A DNA stretch of 31,144 nucleotides. Origin: an uncultured Methanosarcinales archaeon. Its GTDB lineage: Archaea; Nanobdellota; Nanobdellia; Woesearchaeales; CAZYIM01. The notes below the pieces were generated by a model that saw nothing but the letters and a program-made list of their open reading frames with translations, had not been told where the DNA came from and did not search any database. The position numbers and the translations under genes were made by a program. Each line of letters starts with the position of its first letter. Position 1 is the stretch's first letter. The stretch covers positions 1 through 31,144 of the forward strand of contig CAZYIM010000019.1 of NCBI GenBank assembly GCA_964647565.1, written 5' to 3'. Positions 25,468-31,144 of this stretch are shown here, one piece after another.

Positions 25468-27162
25468 TCACATCTCTTCAGGGGCCTCGATAACCAAAAG
25501 AGCAAGCCCTGATTTGAGAACTTGTTTTATGCAATCTATAAGAAATAGCCTGGCCTTTACTAACTCTTCAGACTCTGCCTGAAGAATTCTCTGGCTGTGA
25601 TAGTATTCATTGAAAGCCTGTGCCAGATCAAGCAAGTATCTGGCTATCAAAGAAGGCTTGTAGTGCTCTGCAGCCTCCTTGACCTTGAGGGGGTAATCCT
25701 CTAAAAGTTTTATTATCTTTGCTTCTTCATTTGTTTTCAACAGACCATAATCAACCTTATCATCCACTTTCTCGCCATACTTCCTGAAGATCGAACATAT
25801 CCTTGCATAAGCATACTGCACATATGGACCTGTCTCACCCTCAAAAGAGATGCTCTCCTTAGGATCATAGACCATGTCCTTATAAGGGTCCATCTTAAGG
25901 ATAAAGAACCTCAATGCACCCATTGCAATCTTGTAAGCCCTGTCATCCATCTCCTTGGCAGAGATCTTGGGAGATCTTTTCTTAATCTCAACTTTAGCTA
26001 ACCCAATCATCTCATCTAAAAGATCATCAGTATCTACAACAGTACCCTCTCTTGATTTCATCTTGCCCTCAGGCAAGTTAACCATACCATAGGCAAGGTG
26101 ATGGCACCCTTTTGTAAAAGGCCGCTTCAAAAGCTCAAAAACCTTGAAAAGCACATTGAAGTGGTATATCTGCTCAGAACCCACCACATAGGTCATCTTA
26201 TCCATCTTATAATCCTTGTAGCGTTCAGATGCCATGAACAGATCCTGCGTCATGTAAACAGCTGTGCCGTCAGATCTCTGCAGTATCTTCTTATCTAGCT
26301 TGAACTTGTTGAGATCAATAAAGACAGAACCATCGTCGTCCTTTTCAAAGATGCCAGTCTTCAGGCCCTCCTGAACAATCTCTTTGCCGCCTTTGTATGT
26401 ATTGCTTTCAAAGTACTGTTTCTCATGTAAGAACTTGAATTTTTTATAAGTCTCTTTAAAGCCGTCAAGACACCATTTCCTCATCTTTTTCCAAAGTGCA
26501 ATGGTTTCAGGATCACCCTCTTCCCATTTCTTCAGCATAACCCGTATCTCTTTTTCAGTCTCCTCTGTCTGATGCTTTGAGTAAAGGACATACATATCAC
26601 CGACAAAATGGTCTGATTTCTTATCAGGCTCTTTTTTCTTGTTCCATTTCTTATATGCAAGCATAGACTTACATATATGCACACCTCTATCATTGACAAC
26701 ATCCACCAAGTGAGTCTCGTAACCGTTGAAACCAAATATATGCAGAATTGAATGTCCCAGGATAAGATTCCTCAGATGACCAAGGTGCAATGGCTTATTA
26801 GTATTAGGGCCCGGACTCTCCACTAAAACAACCTTTTTGTTAGGCTTGCATTTTCCATAATCCTTATCCTTGAAAATCACCTTAAGGACTTTTTCAGCCA
26901 TCATCTCCTTGTTGACAAAAAAGTTTAGATAAGGTCCGACGGATCTCACCTCTTTAATGATATTGTCAGACCCTATCTTTTGAGCAAGCTCTTGAGCAAT
27001 CATATTAGGCGCCTTTTTCATGGATTTAGCAAGGCTAAAACAAGGAAACGCAAAGTCGCCCATCTCCTGAGAGGGCGGTATCTCAAGCAATGCATCTATC
27101 TCAGAAGTCTTTAAGTCTGTACAAGACGCCAATTGTTTTGTAATATGAGTTTTGAAATCCAC
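25468..27162 (-). CDS. argS: arginine--tRNA ligase
   Basis: GDFAFPCF, GPYLNFF, PNTNKPLHLGHLRN (HIGH-type), GKMKSREG, FEGETGPYVQYAYARI and C-terminal APEEM. GTG start. Confidence 0.97.
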   Translation of the reverse strand: MDFKTHITKQLASCTDLKTSEIDALLEIPPSQEMGDFAFPCFSLAKSMKKAPNMIAQELAQKIGSDNIIKEVRSVGPYLNFFVNKEMMAEKVLKVIFKDKDYGKCKPNKKVVLVESPGPNTNKPLHLGHLRNLILGHSILHIFGFNGYETHLVDVVNDRGVHICKSMLAYKKWNKKKEPDKKSDHFVGDMYVLYSKHQTEETEKEIRVMLKKWEEGDPETIALWKKMRKWCLDGFKETYKKFKFLHEKQYFESNTYKGGKEIVQEGLKTGIFEKDDDGSVFIDLNKFKLDKKILQRSDGTAVYMTQDLFMASERYKDYKMDKMTYVVGSEQIYHFNVLFKVFELLKRPFTKGCHHLAYGMVNLPEGKMKSREGTVVDTDDLLDEMIGLAKVEIKKRSPKISAKEMDDRAYKIAMGALRFFILKMDPYKDMVYDPKESISFEGETGPYVQYAYARICSIFRKYGEKVDDKVDYGLLKTNEEAKIIKLLEDYPLKVKEAAEHYKPSLIARYLLDLAQAFNEYYHSQRILQAESEELVKARLFLIDCIKQVLKSGLALLVIEAPEEM

Positions 27163-27188
27163 TTTAATATGTTATATGCAGATGCAAT

Positions 27189-28181
27189 TTAAAGCTTTTC
27201 TTTTTTAGAGAGTATTCGCTTGATAGAGTTGACTACATATGGCTGATCCTTTGATTTTGGAATGCCGAGCAAGGTTATATTCTTATCAAGTTCATAGATA
27301 TCCATATCCTTCACAAATATCCCCTTAGTTTTCATCTCCTGGCTGAACTTCTTGGCACTAATTGGAAGCTTAAGCTTGACAAATGTCAAGTGGCAAGGCT
27401 CAATTGACAGCTCATCGATCTTTTCAAGTTGTTGAATAAATTCACTTTTCAGTTCAAGAAAATGCTTGGTTTTCGCGTTATCATGTTCCAAAGCCAACTT
27501 GCCTATGATATAACTTATGCTGCTAAGATTATATGGCTCAACCAGCTCTTGTTTCTTCTTCACAGAACTTATCAGGTTTTCATTGCCAATAGCATAGCCT
27601 AACTTGATGCCTGCCAAGCCATAGCTCTTAGAGAAGGACTTTAGCTGGACAAGATTGTCAGAGATACTACACTTCAAATTATCATTAATCAACTTCTCAT
27701 AACACTGATCCAAAAGTATCAGACAGCTTTTCTTTGATAATTGTAGAAGCAATTTGTCATCAACCAGTTGATTGCCAATCGGATTGTTAACACTGGCTAA
27801 AATCATCATATCCTCATGAGTTGACATCAGCTGATCAATATCCAACTTTCCTGCTTTAAGCTTTACCTTGTTTACCTTTAGGTCCAGCTCTTTTGCAAGC
27901 AGATCATAATAAAAAAAGCTTGGTTCAAGAATAGTGATTGTATCTCCTGCCTTTAGAAAGGTCTGCATGAATAAAGATAATAACCCTTCAATTCCATGGC
28001 CCGCTACAATATTTTTTTCACTAACTTCATGGAGTTGTGCAGCAGTTCCTAGAAATTCTTTCTTATAAATATCTGAATATAGGCAAAGGTTATCAAACTC
28101 AGTATTCAGAATTGCCATCACCTTTTTCTTGAATAAAGGAGAAAATGCTGCAAAGTTCTCTCCATGTTGAAGACGGATCAT
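27189..28181 (-). CDS. PLP-dependent aminotransferase class I/II (HisC/CobD-like), divergent
   Basis: RLQHGEN, EPSFFYY, VNNPIG, LDQCY and SFSKSYGLAGIKLGY (PLP Lys). ATGA overlap with the upstream radical SAM gene. Confidence 0.85.
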   Translation of the reverse strand: MIRLQHGENFAAFSPLFKKKVMAILNTEFDNLCLYSDIYKKEFLGTAAQLHEVSEKNIVAGHGIEGLLSLFMQTFLKAGDTITILEPSFFYYDLLAKELDLKVNKVKLKAGKLDIDQLMSTHEDMMILASVNNPIGNQLVDDKLLLQLSKKSCLILLDQCYEKLINDNLKCSISDNLVQLKSFSKSYGLAGIKLGYAIGNENLISSVKKKQELVEPYNLSSISYIIGKLALEHDNAKTKHFLELKSEFIQQLEKIDELSIEPCHLTFVKLKLPISAKKFSQEMKTKGIFVKDMDIYELDKNITLLGIPKSKDQPYVVNSIKRILSKKEKL

Positions 28182-29422
28182 TTTCCACCACCATCGAACT
28201 TAGATTGCTTCTTTGAGTAAACCGCTGCCATGTTGGTATCCAGTGAACACTTGCCGCAGCCAGAGCATCCATGCTCACCCTTGTCTATGCTTGTCAGTTG
28301 GTACTCTTGCAATATACTTACTACTTCTTTTGTCAGATCATAACAGAGAGCAGGAGAACAGGGTTTGTAACCCACTTTTTGAAGGGTTGTTCCAAAAAAT
28401 GGTTTGTATGGCTGCGGAACAATTGTTGCCCCAACATCTGCAAGTTTCTTGGTTCCTGAGAGTATATCTTGTTTGTGCTGCTCTTCAGTGATTCCCGGAT
28501 AAAGACCTATCAGTGCAAGACTGCTAACAGCAATCCCTTTTTTAGTCAGATATTCCATAGTTTCAAAATATTTTTCTTGGCCAACCTTTACTTTTTTCTT
28601 CATTACTGTTGCTGCAACTATTGAATTGAAGGTCTCAATATTGATCAATGCCGCATCCATACCCTGATCTATCAACTTGTCAAGATATTCTTTCTTGTCT
28701 GGTGGCGTGAATTCAATCTCAAGCCAAAGATCATTCCCAAATTGTTTCTTGAGTTCATTGATAAATGGCATGAATTTCAAGACACCCTTATCTTCAGAAC
28801 ATAATGAGCCCCCTGACAGAGTAAGATCCGCACAACCATTCTTATTTATCTGTTGTTCAATTATATAATACAATGCATCTGGCGAGAAGTCTTTTTTCTT
28901 TTCTTCCAATTCACAAAAAGAGCATTGCATCTCACAGTACTGCTTCTTATCTATGGTCGGTACAGCGGCGATCATATTGCCAAAGTCATGCTGTACTAAC
29001 TCTGACAAGGTTTGTTTCCCTTGCTTATCCGCATACCATTTTGGTCCTTTTATTATTTCTATGGGCAGTTCAAAGGAAAAATTATTTAGATATGATTTTA
29101 TGAAAAATTGATTTTCTCCTTTCACTATCTTCAAAAAAGAGTCCTGTGTAAATGTCTTTGCACCTTTGCCTTCAAACAACTCTTCACACGGGACCATAGT
29201 AAAAAGGCCATCACCCCACTTGATAGGCACACCTATGTTGCCTGTTCGCTTCTCCTTATGCGATGAGTTGTATATTATCTCAGTTATCTCCTGCAAAACA
29301 TCTTGCGTGCAGGTCACACCCATTGTGACGAGGGCTGCATTGATTTTCAGTTGGTCTTCCAACTGCTCCTGATCCTTGATCTGACCTAGTTTTTTAAGTT
29401 CTTTTGCATAGTATTCTTTCAT
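28178..29422 (-). CDS. radical SAM enzyme with a C-terminal CxxCxxC motif
   Basis: CEMQCSFC (CxxxCxxC), LTLSGG, INIETF, SSLALIGL and C-terminal GCSGCGKCS. A GGTGA SD favours ATG 29422. Confidence 0.88.
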   Translation of the reverse strand: MKEYYAKELKKLGQIKDQEQLEDQLKINAALVTMGVTCTQDVLQEITEIIYNSSHKEKRTGNIGVPIKWGDGLFTMVPCEELFEGKGAKTFTQDSFLKIVKGENQFFIKSYLNNFSFELPIEIIKGPKWYADKQGKQTLSELVQHDFGNMIAAVPTIDKKQYCEMQCSFCELEEKKKDFSPDALYYIIEQQINKNGCADLTLSGGSLCSEDKGVLKFMPFINELKKQFGNDLWLEIEFTPPDKKEYLDKLIDQGMDAALINIETFNSIVAATVMKKKVKVGQEKYFETMEYLTKKGIAVSSLALIGLYPGITEEQHKQDILSGTKKLADVGATIVPQPYKPFFGTTLQKVGYKPCSPALCYDLTKEVVSILQEYQLTSIDKGEHGCSGCGKCSLDTNMAAVYSKKQSKFDGGGK

Positions 29423-29649
29423 TTTTATCACCCAAAGTTTTTTAGATTAAGAAAGCCAATGAATCAAATCTATCTCCTTCTAACTAATGTAGAAAAACTG
29501 ATTTTTTCTGACGATTTTTGGTAAGTTATCATTTTGATTCAGTAACATAAATTCTTTTTTATTTATATATTTTCCGTCCAGAAAAAAACATTTTTAACAT
29601 TTATGTCCGAAACAAAACATTTAAATATTATGAGTTGTTTATGAGCTGT

Positions 29650-30273
29650 ATGAACAATACTAAGGCTGCAGAAAGCTATGTATTGCAGCACCCAAGCATC
29701 AAAGACTCTTTGAAAAAGGGACTGATCAACTATTCAAAACTGGCAAGGCAAATAATTGAGGACTTCGGGTTGAAGAAAATGGACTTTGATGCTGTGCTTG
29801 TGGCACTCAGGAGATTGGAGTACAAACTGCAGAAGAAAAAAAGTTTTGAAAGAGCCATCAGGAACCTGTTAAAAGAAAGTTCATTAGAAATCAAAAACAA
29901 GATAATGGTATGTATTGTCCAGAAAGGCTCGCATAATATACCTGAGTTGCAAAAAGTGATAAAAAAAAGAAATGGTGAATTGCACATAGTTGAAGGGATG
30001 AAAGTTATGACCCTGATAACCAACCAAGAGTTTGAAGGTGCCGTGAACAGTTATCTAAAGAACAAGATAATAAAGAAAAGCAAGGATCTGGTTGAGATAA
30101 TGCTTCGGAGCCCAGAAACTCTAGAAGACATCCCTGGTGTTGTAGGTTATCTCTACTCTCTTTTTGGCGACAACAACATAAACATAGTAGAGACAATGAG
30201 CTGCTGGACCGACACCATCTTTGTAATAGAAGAAAAAGAGCTCCAACGTGTGATTCAACTACTTAAATTCTAG
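29650..30273 (+). CDS. archaeal N-terminal helical/HTH plus ACT-domain protein (probable small-molecule-sensing regulator)
   Basis: HPSIKDSLKKGLINYSKLARQI..AVLVALRR, then C-terminal ACT-like IPGVVGYLYSLFGDNNINIVETMSCWTDTIFVI. Confidence 0.8.
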   Translation: MNNTKAAESYVLQHPSIKDSLKKGLINYSKLARQIIEDFGLKKMDFDAVLVALRRLEYKLQKKKSFERAIRNLLKESSLEIKNKIMVCIVQKGSHNIPELQKVIKKRNGELHIVEGMKVMTLITNQEFEGAVNSYLKNKIIKKSKDLVEIMLRSPETLEDIPGVVGYLYSLFGDNNINIVETMSCWTDTIFVIEEKELQRVIQLLKF

Positions 30274-30280
30274 ATAGGGT

Positions 30281-31144
30281 TCAAACTATCAAAGCCACTC
30301 CCACAAACATAATCACAATCGCCAATAGCTTAAGAACTATATTTCTCTTATCTATCTCTTCTTTCAGTATTTTAGGGAAGAACAAACTGGCTATGACAGC
30401 AAACACCAACACAAAGAAAGGCTGTAAAGCTGTCAGAGAATCAACCAGTGAGACAAATCCAGAAACCATTGCAATTGTTAGCAATAGAACCGCCACAAGG
30501 TTTAAAGTCTCATTTAAAGACATGAGTGCAAATGTCCTTTTGCCAAATTGTTTTATGCTGAAAACTAATGAAGGATAATACTTAATTATTATGGGGATCA
30601 TCGCAATAAATGTACTAAGTCTTATATATGCAAACACAGACCAGTAATCTGCAAAATTAAGCAGGTATTTGGTTATGACAAAGTCAATTGCAAAACCTAG
30701 ATTCGAAAGCATGATCAGCCAGAATGCCTTATTAAATCTGATCTTGAGAAGTTTGTTGGTTGAGACTACAATTGCTCCACAAACAAGAAGTAGGATGCCT
30801 AAGTATTTTAACGATGAAAAAACCTCTCCTAAGAAAATAGCTGCAAGGATAACTACAAACAAAGGGATTAGATTGAACAAAGGCGCTACCCTGGATATCT
30901 CACCAAGTTTGACACCCTGAAAATAGAACATACTACCCAAGACATAGCTTATCCCAGCCAGGAAAACCAGGCCAGTATGCATAAGGGATAAAGACGCAAG
31001 ACCATTCACAAAATAAATTACAATGGCCGTCACTATGCTTATGAAACCCAGAGCTATCAAAGGAACCTCTGGATGTTTGACCCATTTATTAAGAACATAT
31101 TTATCTGAGATATTGACAAGACCCCATATAGCTGCTGCCAGGAC
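30281..31144 (-). CDS. EamA/DMT family transporter; the 5' end lies beyond the right edge
   Basis: The frame stays open to the edge (VLAAAIWGLVNISDKYVL...). GEISRVAPLFNLIPLFVVILAAIFLGE and LQPFFVL..A......ILKEE; many TM segments. Confidence 0.9.
   Translation of the reverse strand, partial: VLAAAIWGLVNISDKYVLNKWVKHPEVPLIALGFISIVTAIVIYFVNGLASLSLMHTGLVFLAGISYVLGSMFYFQGVKLGEISRVAPLFNLIPLFVVILAAIFLGEVFSSLKYLGILLLVCGAIVVSTNKLLKIRFNKAFWLIMLSNLGFAIDFVITKYLLNFADYWSVFAYIRLSTFIAMIPIIIKYYPSLVFSIKQFGKRTFALMSLNETLNLVAVLLLTIAMVSGFVSLVDSLTALQPFFVLVFAVIASLFFPKILKEEIDKRNIVLKLLAIVIMFVGVALIV

Noticed and set aside
29470..29550. Short ORFs (20-22 aa) upstream of the radical SAM gene as RiPP precursors
   Set aside because: No SD and no repeated or Cys-rich core; they lie in an AT-rich divergent promoter region. 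A leader-peptide role cannot be supported from sequence alone.
1..31144. CRISPR array, tRNA, rRNA, transposase or integrase
   Set aside because: I saw no regularly spaced repeats, cloverleaf structures, rRNA-like tracts or recombinase motifs by eye; no search tools were run.

Overview
This is an AT-rich, densely coding archaeal chromosome segment. GGTGA/GGAGG ribosome-binding sites, TATA-like boxes and the gene families present point to a DPANN lineage, probably Woesearchaeota-like (inference). Housekeeping and metabolic genes include argS, gdhA, trxA/trxB, a frameshifted scpA, a coaD-HD fusion, a queD-like gene, an agmatinase-like gene, a CNNM/CorC transporter, CYTH, ASCH and EamA. Accessory content includes a J-domain/Ser-Thr kinase fusion upstream of a vWA (MIDAS) gene missed by the ORF track, an amber-interrupted NYN RNase cassette between direct repeats of the arginase 3' end, a thioester alpha-2-macroglobulin with about four transmembrane helices inside its bait region, and a radical SAM/PLP enzyme pair. 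The most striking non-coding signal is a three-copy family of covarying three-way-junction elements (consensus GGCCRGRY-GA-[P2]-GARTA-[P3]-GTCYGTGCC inside a long closing stem) at 8301-8418, 8434-8516 and 16996-17079. A shared palindromic operator lies upstream of the macroglobulin gene and of its neighbour. I saw no rRNA, tRNA, CRISPR array, integrase or transposase.
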